64,000 nt of DNA from Acidobacteriota bacterium (GCA_019244185.1 JAFATB010000014.1:384001-448000); one strand, 5' to 3'; counted from the stretch's first letter, positions 36,469-46,182 are shown. The notes: generated by a model not told the origin, from the letters alone. Program-made: numbers and translations.

Positions 36469-39157
36469 GTTGCGTACGGTATCACTGCTCTTCGCGCTGC
36501 TGCTCGGCCCGACGCTCGCCGCGCAGGGACCGTCCGCGGACTGGCGCACGATCGAGACGCCGCACTTCCGCGTGCACTACCCGAAACCGTTCGAAGCGTG
36601 GGCGCGCGCGGCGGCGGAACGGCTCGAATCGATCCGCGACGCCGTGTCGCGGGAAGTCGGTTACGCGCCGCGGCAGGTCGTCGACGTGATCGTCACGAAT
36701 CCGGAAGCGTCGCCGAACGGCGAGGCCTGGCCGCTGCTCGACACGCCGCGCATGATCTTCTTCGCCGAGCCGCCCGGACCGGACGAACAGCTCGGCGCGT
36801 ACGGCTCGTGGATCGAGATCCTGGCCGTGCACGAGACCGCGCACATCGTGCACATGCTGCGGCCGTCGCGAAATCCGTTCGAGCGATTCCTGGAGCACGC
36901 CGCGCTGCCGGTCGATCCAATCGTGCTGCACGCGCCGCGCTGGGTGCTCGAAGGCTACGCCACCGTCGTCGAAGGACGCCTCACCGGTGCGGGACGCCCG
37001 AGCAGCACGCTGCGCGCGTTGATTCTGCGGCGCTGGGCCGAAGGAGGACGCCTGCCGTCCTACGCGCAGCTCAACTCCGACCAGCGATTCCTCGGCATGT
37101 CGATGGCGTACCTCATGGGCTCCGCGTTTCTCGAATGGCTCGAGCAGCGCGGCGGCCCCGACTCGCTGCGGCACCTCTGGGCGCGCATGACCGCGCGCGA
37201 GCGGCGCTCGTTCGACAGCGCGTTTGCCGGCGTCTTCGGCGATCGTCCCGACCGCTTGTACGGACGCTTCGTCGCGGAGCTCACGGCCTCCGCGATCGCG
37301 ATTGACCGTGCGTCGACGCTCGTCGAGGGAACGCTGTGGCAGGAGACCTCGCGCGCGACCGGCGATCCCGCCGTCTCGCCCGACGGTAAAGAGCTCGCGA
37401 TCGTCCTGCGGCCGAAGGAAGGTCCGCAGCAGCTCGTGGTGTGGTCGACGGCGGCACCGGACGAGGAAGAGGAAAAGTTTGCGAAGCGGCTGCGCACGAT
37501 CCTCGCGAGCGATCCCGAAGACGTCGCACCGGTGCGGACGAAACCGCTCCCGCGCAAAGCAGTCCATACGTTGACCATGCCGGACGGCGGCGACATCGTC
37601 TCGCCGCGCTGGACGCGCGACGGCAAGTCGCTCGTCTTCGCCCATCGCGTGCGCGATCCGCGCGGCGCGCTGCGCTTCGACCTCTATCGCTGGGACTTCG
37701 ACACGCTGACGCGGGTCACGCATCTCGCCGACGTGCGCGAGGCCGATCCGCTCGCGAACGGCACCGCCGTCGCGATCCGCAGCCGGTTCGGCGCCGTGCA
37801 ACTCGTGAACGTCGATCTCGCCACCGGCGCCGTGACGCCGCGCACGGAACCGTCGATCGACGTGATCGTCTCGCATCCGCGCGTGAGTCCCGGCGGCAAA
37901 GTCGCGTGGGTCGAACATCGCGGCGGACGCTGGACGCTCGTCGTCGACGGCGCGCCGATCGCGCTGAGCGGCGATGTCGCCTCGCCCGAATGGATCGATG
38001 ACGACGCGCTCGTCGTCACCGTGTCGAACGGCGGCTTCGCGGAACTGCATCGCGTCACGCGTGCCGGCGACGACCGCGTCCTCACGCGCGCGCGCGGCGG
38101 CGCCTTCGATCCCGCGCCTATGCCGCCGTCTGCAGGGGACGGGCGCGTCTTCTTCATGTCGCTCGATCCCGATGGCTACGTCGTGCGCGCCTTGCCTGCG
38201 ACGACGAACGCCGCGCCCGCGCCGCCCGCGTACGACGCGCTCCTCGTCCCCGCCGTGCCGCCCGCGCCGCCGCGCGTGACGTCGTTCGCAACGCGGCCGG
38301 TCTCCGCGCCGCGCGCGTACGGCATCGGGCGGCAGGAGCTCGGCTGGTTCGTCGGGCAGGACGTCGCGCCGCGGCAGCGCGCCACGCAGCTCGGCGTGCG
38401 GCTCGGCGACGTCGTCGGGCGGCTCGACACGATCGCCGTCGTCGCGCTTGGAACCAGCGATGCCGGCGACAACGACGAGCCGCGCGGCGCCGCGCTCGTC
38501 ACCGCGTGGCGCGGCTGGCCGATCGAAATCCGCGCGCACTTCTTCGAGACGAATCGTAAAGACGGCGTCGAGGTGCGCGGCATCTGGACGCGTGGCGGTC
38601 CGCGGTCGCGGCTCACGCTCGAAGGCGGCGCGCTCTCGCGCGAGTTCGCGTTCGCGAGCGCGTCGCTCGTGACGCAGCAGGTGCGCGGCCTCTTGCGGCT
38701 CGAAGAGAGCGAGCGCGTCGATGTCGATGAGAACCATGTCCGCGCGATCGCCGGCGTCGCCGTGCGCAGAGGTGCGATGCGCGTGGCCGCGCGTTACCAG
38801 CACGACAGCGGCGACCTCACCGTCGGCGGTCTCTCGTATTCCGTCTATCCGCGCTCGGTCTCCGCGCATCGCATCATCGATCCCGCGCTGACGCTGGCGA
38901 CGCTGATCGGGAACGGCTACGATGGCTGGCGGATCGAATCGACCGTGCCGCTTCTGCCGTTCACCGCGTTCTACCAGCGCCACGAGCTCGGCGCGACACG
39001 TCTCTCGCTGGCGGGACTGGAGTGGACGTTCGCCTCCGATCCGCTGCCGATTCTCAAAGTTCCCGGTCTCGACCTCACGCTCGGCGCGGCGCGCGTGCTC
39101 GACGCTCCGCTGCGCGGCCATACGAACTGGTGGATCGGCATGCGGTGGCGTCCATGA
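36467..39157 (+). CDS. Secreted gluzincin (HExxH) domain plus TolB/PD40-like propeller plus probable beta-barrel
   Basis: Signal peptide; T.HF.VHY, HETAH, PRW..EG.A; PAVSPDG, SP.W; C-terminal amphipathic strands ending W.P. Confidence 0.75.
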   Translation: MLRTVSLLFALLLGPTLAAQGPSADWRTIETPHFRVHYPKPFEAWARAAAERLESIRDAVSREVGYAPRQVVDVIVTNPEASPNGEAWPLLDTPRMIFFAEPPGPDEQLGAYGSWIEILAVHETAHIVHMLRPSRNPFERFLEHAALPVDPIVLHAPRWVLEGYATVVEGRLTGAGRPSSTLRALILRRWAEGGRLPSYAQLNSDQRFLGMSMAYLMGSAFLEWLEQRGGPDSLRHLWARMTARERRSFDSAFAGVFGDRPDRLYGRFVAELTASAIAIDRASTLVEGTLWQETSRATGDPAVSPDGKELAIVLRPKEGPQQLVVWSTAAPDEEEEKFAKRLRTILASDPEDVAPVRTKPLPRKAVHTLTMPDGGDIVSPRWTRDGKSLVFAHRVRDPRGALRFDLYRWDFDTLTRVTHLADVREADPLANGTAVAIRSRFGAVQLVNVDLATGAVTPRTEPSIDVIVSHPRVSPGGKVAWVEHRGGRWTLVVDGAPIALSGDVASPEWIDDDALVVTVSNGGFAELHRVTRAGDDRVLTRARGGAFDPAPMPPSAGDGRVFFMSLDPDGYVVRALPATTNAAPAPPAYDALLVPAVPPAPPRVTSFATRPVSAPRAYGIGRQELGWFVGQDVAPRQRATQLGVRLGDVVGRLDTIAVVALGTSDAGDNDEPRGAALVTAWRGWPIEIRAHFFETNRKDGVEVRGIWTRGGPRSRLTLEGGALSREFAFASASLVTQQVRGLLRLEESERVDVDENHVRAIAGVAVRRGAMRVAARYQHDSGDLTVGGLSYSVYPRSVSAHRIIDPALTLATLIGNGYDGWRIESTVPLLPFTAFYQRHELGATRLSLAGLEWTFASDPLPILKVPGLDLTLGAARVLDAPLRGHTNWWIGMRWRP

Positions 39158-40092
39158 TCCATTTCCACAACGGCGACATCGTGATGGCGCTCGCGAAGCG
39201 CAGCGGCATCGACGGCGAGCACATCTCGTTTCGCGAGTCGCTCGTCACGGGGCGCGTCGTTCCCGATGACGCGTGGATCGAGACCCGCGCGCGCACGCTC
39301 GCCGAGGCGCATGAGATCGATTTGCTGCGCGTGCGGACGGAACTGCTCGAACAGGAGCAGGTGCTCGACGCCGCGGCGGGGAAAGGGGAAGAGATCGTGT
39401 TGTGGTTCGAGCACGACCTCTTCTGCCTCGTGCATCTCGTCTATCTGCTCAACCGGCTGCGCGGCGCGCGGCTGTCGCTGGTGTGGTGTCCGGAGCCGCT
39501 CGCGCACAACGAGCCGCGCGAGCTGCATCTGCTCTTCGACTCGCGCGCGGCGGTGACGCCGATGATGAGCAAGCTCGCCGCCGACGTCTGGCGCGCGTAC
39601 ACGTCCGCCGATCCGCTCGCGCTCAACGCGTTTCTCGAGCGCGACATGCCCGACTTCCCCTTCCTGCGCGACGGACTCACGCTGCACGCCTCGCGCTTTC
39701 CGTCGACGGCGAACGGCCTCGGCGAGATCGAGCGCCGCGCGTTGACGCTGTTGACGACCGGCGCGATCGATTTCGCGACGCTCTTCCCGCAGATCGATCC
39801 GGCGCCGCCGCGCTTCGGCTTCGGCGACGGCGAGGTGCTGCGTCAGCTGCGCGCGATCGCGTGGTGCGCGGTGCCGCTGGTGACGATCGTCGAATCCGCC
39901 GACGCTCAGCCGCCGAAGGCGCTGCTCACGATCACGCCCGCCGGCGAGAACGTCGTGCGCGGCGCCGTCGACGCGCTCGCGGTCAACGATCCCGACGTCT
40001 GGTTCGGCGGTACGCATCTGACGAAGGAGAACCTCTGGCGATGGGACGCGAACGCGCGCCGGATCGTGGCGAGCCCCTCTGCCGCCTCGTGA
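39154..40092 (+). CDS. DUF1835-like protein
   Basis: H..NGD, RESL..G, VLWFEHDLFC, R.P....GL..IE, GD, W.GG...W.WD. Confidence 0.75.
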   Translation: MIHFHNGDIVMALAKRSGIDGEHISFRESLVTGRVVPDDAWIETRARTLAEAHEIDLLRVRTELLEQEQVLDAAAGKGEEIVLWFEHDLFCLVHLVYLLNRLRGARLSLVWCPEPLAHNEPRELHLLFDSRAAVTPMMSKLAADVWRAYTSADPLALNAFLERDMPDFPFLRDGLTLHASRFPSTANGLGEIERRALTLLTTGAIDFATLFPQIDPAPPRFGFGDGEVLRQLRAIAWCAVPLVTIVESADAQPPKALLTITPAGENVVRGAVDALAVNDPDVWFGGTHLTKENLWRWDANARRIVASPSAAS

Positions 40093-40979
40093 GGTTCGAG
40101 GCGACGGACGGCGTCGAGCTGGCCGCCCTCCTCTTCGAACCGAAACGCGCCACGACGCGCGCCGCGATCTTCCTGCACGGCACCGGCGGCTCGTCGGTCT
40201 TCGAGTCGAAGCGCACGAACGTCCTCGCGCGGGAGCTTCTCGACGCCGGCATCGCGTACTTTCCGTTCAACAACCGCGGCGCGCTGGTCATCCGCCGGCT
40301 GCGCAACGCGAAGAAGAAGAAAAGCCTAGCCGGCGGCGCCGCGCACGAACGCATCCGCGAATGCGTCTTCGACATCGACGGCGCGATCCGCGAGCTGCGC
40401 CGCCGCGGTTACCGCGACATCACGCTGATCGGCCACTCCACCGGCGCGAACAAGATCGCCGTCTACGATCACTACAAGCCGCGCAACCCGATCAAACGCT
40501 ACGTCCTCCTCGGCGGCGGCGACGACACCGGCATGCTCTACGCGCCGCTCGGCCCGCGGCGTTTCGCGAACGCGCTCGAGAAAGCGCGCGCGATGATCCG
40601 CGCGCGCCGCGGCGAGGAGTTCGTGCCGCGCGCGCTCTCGCCGATGCTCCTCAGCTGGCAGTCGTTCCACGACATGGCCAACCCCGACGGCGACTACAAC
40701 GTCTTTCCGTTTCTCGAGGCGATGCAGAACGTGCGGCTCGGACACAAACCGCGCTTCCGCTATCTGCGCGGCATCCGCAAGCCGGCGCTCGTGCTCTACG
40801 GCGAGCACGACGAGTACGCGTACGGCGACGTCGTGCGCTGCGTCGCGATTCTCGCGGACATCACGAGCGCGCAGCCGAACGTCGAGCTGGGCATCATCGC
40901 GGACGCGGACCACGGCTTCGGCGGCAAGGAAGCCGAGCTCGCGGACGCGATCGTCAATTGGTGGACTGCTTCGCTCTGA
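40041..40979 (+). CDS. Alpha/beta hydrolase (DUF1749-like)
   Basis: HG.GG, NNRG, GHSTG nucleophile elbow, G..DE, ADHGF; start 40041 (AAGGAG SD) or GTG 40089. Confidence 0.85.
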   Translation: MGRERAPDRGEPLCRLVRFEATDGVELAALLFEPKRATTRAAIFLHGTGGSSVFESKRTNVLARELLDAGIAYFPFNNRGALVIRRLRNAKKKKSLAGGAAHERIRECVFDIDGAIRELRRRGYRDITLIGHSTGANKIAVYDHYKPRNPIKRYVLLGGGDDTGMLYAPLGPRRFANALEKARAMIRARRGEEFVPRALSPMLLSWQSFHDMANPDGDYNVFPFLEAMQNVRLGHKPRFRYLRGIRKPALVLYGEHDEYAYGDVVRCVAILADITSAQPNVELGIIADADHGFGGKEAELADAIVNWWTASL

Positions 40980-41424
40980 TCATCGCCACGACCGACTTCG
41001 CGAGGTCGTTCGGGATGGGGATGGTCAGGTTGTACTGCGCGACCTTCCACGCGCCGCGGATGCGCCGCGCGACGCCGGTGCCGCGGCAGTCGCCGTAGCT
41101 CGCGCTGTCGAGCTTCTCGTCGAACCACGCCACGTCGCCGACGATCGTGACGTGGCGGTCGTGCGGCGTGAACGTCCACGCGGTGCCCTTCGCAAAGTAC
41201 GGATGCGCGAACGCGCGGAACGCCTCGCGGTTCCAGCGCTCGGAAGCGTCGGTGCCGAGGAAGACGAAGTCGGGCGACATAACTTCGAAGTAATGCGCCT
41301 CGTCCGCGACGGCGGCGGCGTGGTGCCAGTCGTCGAGCATGCGGTTGATCGGCGCACCCGGATCGGCGGCGAACGCGGAGGAGGCGAGGGTGACGAGGAC
41401 GAGCGCGGCGGCGACGGTTCGCAT
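40954..41424 (-). CDS. Secreted SnoaL / NTF2-like protein
   Basis: LD.WH.AAA, FLGTDA.E.W, WFDE.L, RG.GV, W...QYNL..PIPN. Confidence 0.85.
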   Translation of the reverse strand: MRTVAAALVLVTLASSAFAADPGAPINRMLDDWHHAAAVADEAHYFEVMSPDFVFLGTDASERWNREAFRAFAHPYFAKGTAWTFTPHDRHVTIVGDVAWFDEKLDSASYGDCRGTGVARRIRGAWKVAQYNLTIPIPNDLAKSVVAMIRAKQSTN

Positions 41425-41431
41425 CCGCCGA

Positions 41432-42181
41432 TTATGCGGTACCGAGGATGCTCGCGAGCACGTCGAACGACTTCAGCTCGTGCCCGAGGAAATTGCGTCG
41501 CACGAGACCCGCGAGCGAGCGCAGTTCGAGCAGCACTTCCGCCGGCGCCGCGCGCGTCACGAACTCCGCGACGGGTTGGCGGAACAGCGCGTCGAGCGCG
41601 TCCGCGGCCTCATTGCTCACCACGAACGCATCGCGTCCCGCGCAGTGCTCGCAGATGAAGCCCTGCAGGCGCTCGTCGAAGCGCAGCGGGCGGGCGAGCG
41701 AGCCGCCGCATTCGATGCACGTCTTCGCGGAGGGAAAGATGCCGCCGAGGCGAAGCATCCAGATCTCGGCGTAGGCGATGACCGCGAGCGCGGGCGCGCC
41801 GTCGAGCAGCGCCTCGGTCGTGCGATCGAGCAGGCGATAGATCAGCTCCGCGGGATCGTCGGCGGGCGCGAACGTGTCGACGAGCTCCGCGATGTAGGTC
41901 GCGGCGACGCTGCTGACGAGGTTCTGCTGCGCGGGAAACAGCGAGCGAATGAGGTCGACCGACTCGATGCGCAGCACCTCGTCCGACTCGCGCTCGACGT
42001 AGCCGATGCGGACTTTTGCCAATGGTTCCAGCGCGGCGCCGAAGCGGCTCTTGATGCCGCGCGCGCCGTACGCCCACGCCTTGCGCTTGCCGTGCTCCGG
42101 CGTGAGGAACACCACCATCTTGTCGCGCTCGCGCGCCGGCCAGGTATGCAGGATGATGGCTTCGCTGCGCTCGACCTTCAT
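41432..42181 (-). CDS. recO: DNA repair protein RecO
   Basis: EAIIL....E.D..V.FLT..HG....A.GAR...SRFGA.LEP; C..C...C..C Zn finger. Confidence 0.92.
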   Translation of the reverse strand: MKVERSEAIILHTWPARERDKMVVFLTPEHGKRKAWAYGARGIKSRFGAALEPLAKVRIGYVERESDEVLRIESVDLIRSLFPAQQNLVSSVAATYIAELVDTFAPADDPAELIYRLLDRTTEALLDGAPALAVIAYAEIWMLRLGGIFPSAKTCIECGGSLARPLRFDERLQGFICEHCAGRDAFVVSNEAADALDALFRQPVAEFVTRAAPAEVLLELRSLAGLVRRNFLGHELKSFDVLASILGTA

Positions 42182-42188
42182 TGCCGCG

Positions 42189-42198
42189 AATGTACACT
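42189..42198. promoter_or_regulatory. Overlapping divergent -10 elements (TACATT on minus, TACACT on plus)
   Basis: AATGTACACT in a 26-nt gap; 7 nt from the recO ATG and 9 nt from the SirB1 ATG. Confidence 0.6.
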
Positions 42199-42207
42199 GC
42201 GCGCGCA

Positions 42208-42891
42208 ATGCTCATCCATCCGGCGGAGGCGCGGCGGCAGTTCCGCGAGCTCGCCGCGGGCGACATCGGAAACGACAACCTCGCCCGCGTCGCGCTCCTC
42301 ATCGCGCTCGAAGACCAGCCGCGCACCGACGTCGCCGCGGCGCTGCGCGCGCTCGACGACCTCGCGGAGCGCGTGCGCCGCCGCGGCACTGGCGGCGAGC
42401 CGCCGATCTTCCGCCTCGGCCATCTGCACGCGGAGATGTTCGACGTCGACGGCTATCGCGGCGACACGGCCAGCTACTACGACCCGCGCAACGCGTATCT
42501 CAACGAAGTCATCGCCCGGCGGCTCGGCCTGCCGATCACGCTGTCGATCATCTTCATTCACGTCGCGACGGCGGTCGGCCTCAATGTCGCGGGAGTCGGG
42601 CTGCCGGGGCATTACATCGTCAAGGTGCAGTTCGAGCTCAACGAGGTCTACGTCGATCCGTTTCACGGTGGCACGACGCTGACGGTCGCGGAGATCGCGG
42701 AACTGCTGCGGCAGGTCACCGGCGGAAAGGCGCAGCTCGCGAGCGAGCATCTGCGCGCGTCGTCGGGCCGCGAGACGATCGCGCGCGTGCTCGCGAACCT
42801 GCACAGCATGTGGGGCCGCGCCGGGGACGCGCGGCGTGCGAACGCGGCGCGCGAGCGGCTCGACCTGCTGCGCGAGCTGCAGCCGAACTGA
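42208..42891 (+). CDS. SirB1 family (transglutaminase-like) protein
   Basis: Y.DP.N.YL..V..RR.G.PITL, G.GLPGH.I, DPF..G, R.L.NL. Confidence 0.88.
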   Translation: MLIHPAEARRQFRELAAGDIGNDNLARVALLIALEDQPRTDVAAALRALDDLAERVRRRGTGGEPPIFRLGHLHAEMFDVDGYRGDTASYYDPRNAYLNEVIARRLGLPITLSIIFIHVATAVGLNVAGVGLPGHYIVKVQFELNEVYVDPFHGGTTLTVAEIAELLRQVTGGKAQLASEHLRASSGRETIARVLANLHSMWGRAGDARRANAARERLDLLRELQPN

Positions 42892-42892
42892 C

Positions 42893-44179
42893 ATGCAGCT
42901 CTTCGCCACGATTCTCGAGGAGACGGCCGAGGCGGCGCTGCGCGTCGTTCGTGAACTGCGTGAAGACTGCGACGGCATCGAAGTGCGCGCGGAGAGCTTC
43001 GCATCGCTCGACCTCCACGCGCTGCGCGCGGCGACCGCGAAGCCGCTCATCCTTACGTATCGCGGCGCGGAGGTGCCGGATGCGCGCGCGGCGTTCGAGG
43101 CGGGGATCGACTTCGTCGACGTCGAATGGCGCGAGGACGTCGAGATCGTGGATCCCGCGCGCACGGTGCTCTCGCACCACGACTACGAGGGCATGCGCGA
43201 CGTCGAGCAGATCGTGGCGGCGATGCGCGCGCGTGGCTGTGCGCACACGAAGCTCGCGGCGACGCCGCGGAACTTTGCGGACAACGAGCGGCTGCTCGCG
43301 CTACTCGCGCCTAGCGTGAGCGTCATCGGCATGTCGGAGCGCGGGCTCTATTCGCGTATCCTCGCGCCCTTCCGCGGCTCCGCGCTGACGTTCGTCGCCG
43401 CGACGAACCTCGCCGCGCCGGGGCAGCTCACGCTCGAACGCGCGCTCGCGATCTACGGTGACGACCGCGCGAACCTGCGCGCGGAGAAAGTCTTCGCCGT
43501 CGCCGGCAATCCCGCGGGACACAGCCTCTCGCCGTCGATCCACAATGCGCTCTTCCGCGCGAAAGGCGTTTCGGCGGCGTACACGATCGCATCGGTGGAA
43601 TCGTTCGCCGAGCTGACGGACGCGTTCCTGCGCGGGGAGCCGTGCGGCCTCAGCGTCACCGCGCCGTTCAAGGACGACGCCTTCGCCTTCGCGACGTCGA
43701 TCGGCGCGGAGCTCGGCGTCCACGCGCTACGCGCGCGCGCCGTGAACACGCTCGTGAATCTCGGTGAGCGCATTCTCGCCGACAACACCGACGTCGACGG
43801 CTTCGCCACGCTCATCGCGCAACTCGCGCCGCGTCCCGTGCGCGCCGCGATCGTCGGTGCGGGCGGCACCGCGCGCGCGGCGCGTGTCGCGCTCGAAGAC
43901 GCCGGCATCGCGTGCACGACCTACAACCGCACCGCCTCGAAAGCCGACGCGCCGCTCGACGCGCTCGCCTCGTCGGGCGCGGACCTCATCATCAACACGC
44001 TGCCCGCCGGCGCACGCGTCGACATCCCGCTGTGCCGCGCGTACATCGAGGCCGCGTACAGCGCCGCGCCGCGCGAGTCGGTCGACTCCGGGACGCGCAT
44101 CGACGGACTGGCGTTGCTCCACGCGCAGGCGCAGAGGCAACACGAGCTTTTCATGAGAGTCTTCGAACATGGATCATGA
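42893..44179 (+). CDS. aroDE: Bifunctional type I 3-dehydroquinate dehydratase / shikimate dehydrogenase
   Basis: AroD part: E.R, D.E, S.H.Y, K.A, MS..G..SR, APGQ. AroE part: G.P..HSLSP..HN, SVT.P.K, AVNT, NTD..G, GAGG.A, NRT. Confidence 0.9.
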   Translation: MQLFATILEETAEAALRVVRELREDCDGIEVRAESFASLDLHALRAATAKPLILTYRGAEVPDARAAFEAGIDFVDVEWREDVEIVDPARTVLSHHDYEGMRDVEQIVAAMRARGCAHTKLAATPRNFADNERLLALLAPSVSVIGMSERGLYSRILAPFRGSALTFVAATNLAAPGQLTLERALAIYGDDRANLRAEKVFAVAGNPAGHSLSPSIHNALFRAKGVSAAYTIASVESFAELTDAFLRGEPCGLSVTAPFKDDAFAFATSIGAELGVHALRARAVNTLVNLGERILADNTDVDGFATLIAQLAPRPVRAAIVGAGGTARAARVALEDAGIACTTYNRTASKADAPLDALASSGADLIINTLPAGARVDIPLCRAYIEAAYSAAPRESVDSGTRIDGLALLHAQAQRQHELFMRVFEHGS

Positions 44180-45557
44180 CGTCATTCCCGTCGTGCGCGA
44201 GCTGAGCGCCGACACGCTCACGCCGCTCGTCGCCTTCGCCGCGCTCACCGAAGCGGGCGACGAGGCGTTTCTCTTCGAGAGCGTCGAGCGCGGCGAGAAC
44301 CTCGGCCGCTACTCCTTCATCGGCTTCGAGCCGCGGCGCAATCTCACGTTCGACGCGCGCGTCGCCGATCCCGTGCGCGTGCTCAACGACGAGCTGCAGC
44401 CGCTGCACGTCGAAGGCGAGGCGAAGCTGCCGCCGTTCTTCGGCGGCGCGGTCGGCTACTTCGGCTACGGCGCCGGCGGCTGGAGCGAGCGCATCCCCGA
44501 CACGCACGCGAACGACCTCGGCATCCCCGACGCGAAGCTGCTCTTCTTCGACAACGTCGTCGTCTTCGATCACGTGCAGCAGCGGCTCTACGTCGTCGCG
44601 AACCTTTTCCGCGGCGGCACGCTCGACGATGCGAACCGCCGCCTCGACCGCGCCATCGCGCGCCTGCACGATGCGCGCGTGGCCCTGCTCGCGCTGCCGC
44701 GCGAGGCGCCGTCCGCCGAGTTCCGCGCGAACATGACCCGCGACGAGTTCGAGTCGATGGTGCGCGCCGCGAAGGAGGAGATCGTCGCCGGCGAGATCTT
44801 CCAGATCGTCGTCTCGCAGCGTTGGGAGACGGAGTTCCCGACAGCCGAAGCGCTGACGCTCTATCGCGCGCTGCGCTCGATCAATCCGTCGCCGTACATG
44901 TTTCTCCTGCGCACGAACGAATGCACGCTCGTCGGCGCGTCGCCGGAGATGCTCGTGCGCGTCACGGGGAAGCGCGTCGACACGCGGCCGATCGCCGGCA
45001 CGCGTCCGCGCGGCAAAACGCACGAGGAAGACGTCGCGCACGAGCAGTCGCTCATCGCCGATCCGAAAGAGAACGCCGAGCATCTGATGCTGGTCGACCT
45101 CGGACGCAACGATCTCGGGCGCGTCAGCCGCGGCGGCAGCGTCGAGGTCACCGACTTCCGTCACGTCGAGCGCTACAGCCACGTCATGCACCTCGTCACC
45201 GACGTGCACGGCACGCTGCGCGACGACTGCACGCCGGTCGACGCGTTCCTCTCGTGCTTTCCCGCGGGCACCGTCAGCGGCGCGCCGAAGATCCGCGCGA
45301 TGGAACTCATCGACCGCTTCGAGCCGACGCGCCGCGGCCCGTACGCCGGCGCCGTGGCCTACTTCGGCTTCTCCGGCAATCTCGACTCGTGCATCACGAT
45401 CCGCACGGTCGTCCTCGCGAACGATCGCGCATACGTGCAGGCGGGCGCGGGAATCGTGTTCGATTCCGATCCGGCGGCCGAGTACGAGGAGGGCGTGAAC
45501 AAGAGCGCGGCGTTGCGGCGCGCGATCAGCGTGGCGAAGGCGGTGCTGGGACGCTGA
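44169..45557 (+). CDS. trpE: Anthranilate synthase component I
   Basis: FESV...GRYS, NPSPYM, SPE, PIAGT, EH.MLVDL.RND, HLV, PAGT.SGAPK.RAM, QAG.GIV.DS. Confidence 0.9.
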   Translation: MDHDVIPVVRELSADTLTPLVAFAALTEAGDEAFLFESVERGENLGRYSFIGFEPRRNLTFDARVADPVRVLNDELQPLHVEGEAKLPPFFGGAVGYFGYGAGGWSERIPDTHANDLGIPDAKLLFFDNVVVFDHVQQRLYVVANLFRGGTLDDANRRLDRAIARLHDARVALLALPREAPSAEFRANMTRDEFESMVRAAKEEIVAGEIFQIVVSQRWETEFPTAEALTLYRALRSINPSPYMFLLRTNECTLVGASPEMLVRVTGKRVDTRPIAGTRPRGKTHEEDVAHEQSLIADPKENAEHLMLVDLGRNDLGRVSRGGSVEVTDFRHVERYSHVMHLVTDVHGTLRDDCTPVDAFLSCFPAGTVSGAPKIRAMELIDRFEPTRRGPYAGAVAYFGFSGNLDSCITIRTVVLANDRAYVQAGAGIVFDSDPAAEYEEGVNKSAALRRAISVAKAVLGR

Positions 45558-46182
45558 CGAAGCGCACGCGCGTGAAGCCGAACGTGTGCAGCAGCTCGGC
45601 CATCTTCTTCTCGCCGTTCTGCGACGCGAGGGTGAGGATGCCTTTTTTCAGCGCCTCGGCGCGGATGTTCTCTTCCGCGTGCTGCCGCGCGCGCGTCTCG
45701 AGATCGACGTCGGCGCGGCGCAGCATGCCGGTCTTGCGCGTCAGCACGCGCGACTTCGCGTTGTCGACGCGCGTGACGAGCACCTGCGGCGGCGGCATGC
45801 GCACGTTGAGCGTGCCGTCGGGCGAGCGCCAGACGTCGTTGCCGTGCAGCTGCGAGAGATCGATGCCGGCGATGACGTCGCCCTCGGCGAGGAACGTGAT
45901 CTCGTCGCCGCCGAGGGCGTTGGGGACGAGGTTGTACGACTGCGTGATCGTGCCGATGTGAAAGACGCGCATCGACGCGGTCTCCAGCCGGTTCAGCTCG
46001 CGCACCTGCGTGACGAGCGTCCCCAAATCGACAGTTGTCTCTTTTGGTGTCAGAACTTCTCTGACAACGGTGCGCTTCGCCGCGCGCCACACGAACACCG
46101 CCGTGGTGAGCGTCACCGCCGCCGCGAGCGCGACGACGCCGAAAATCACCAGAACCCAACGGCCGCGTTGCATGGAATTCAC
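45526..46182 (-). CDS. DUF4230-like membrane-anchored protein
   Basis: N-terminal TM; LETA, G.V.AG.DL, P.PQ, IL..A..N; alternative ATG at 46173. Confidence 0.78.
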   Translation of the reverse strand: MNSMQRGRWVLVIFGVVALAAAVTLTTAVFVWRAAKRTVVREVLTPKETTVDLGTLVTQVRELNRLETASMRVFHIGTITQSYNLVPNALGGDEITFLAEGDVIAGIDLSQLHGNDVWRSPDGTLNVRMPPPQVLVTRVDNAKSRVLTRKTGMLRRADVDLETRARQHAEENIRAEALKKGILTLASQNGEKKMAELLHTFGFTRVRFVSVPAPPSPR

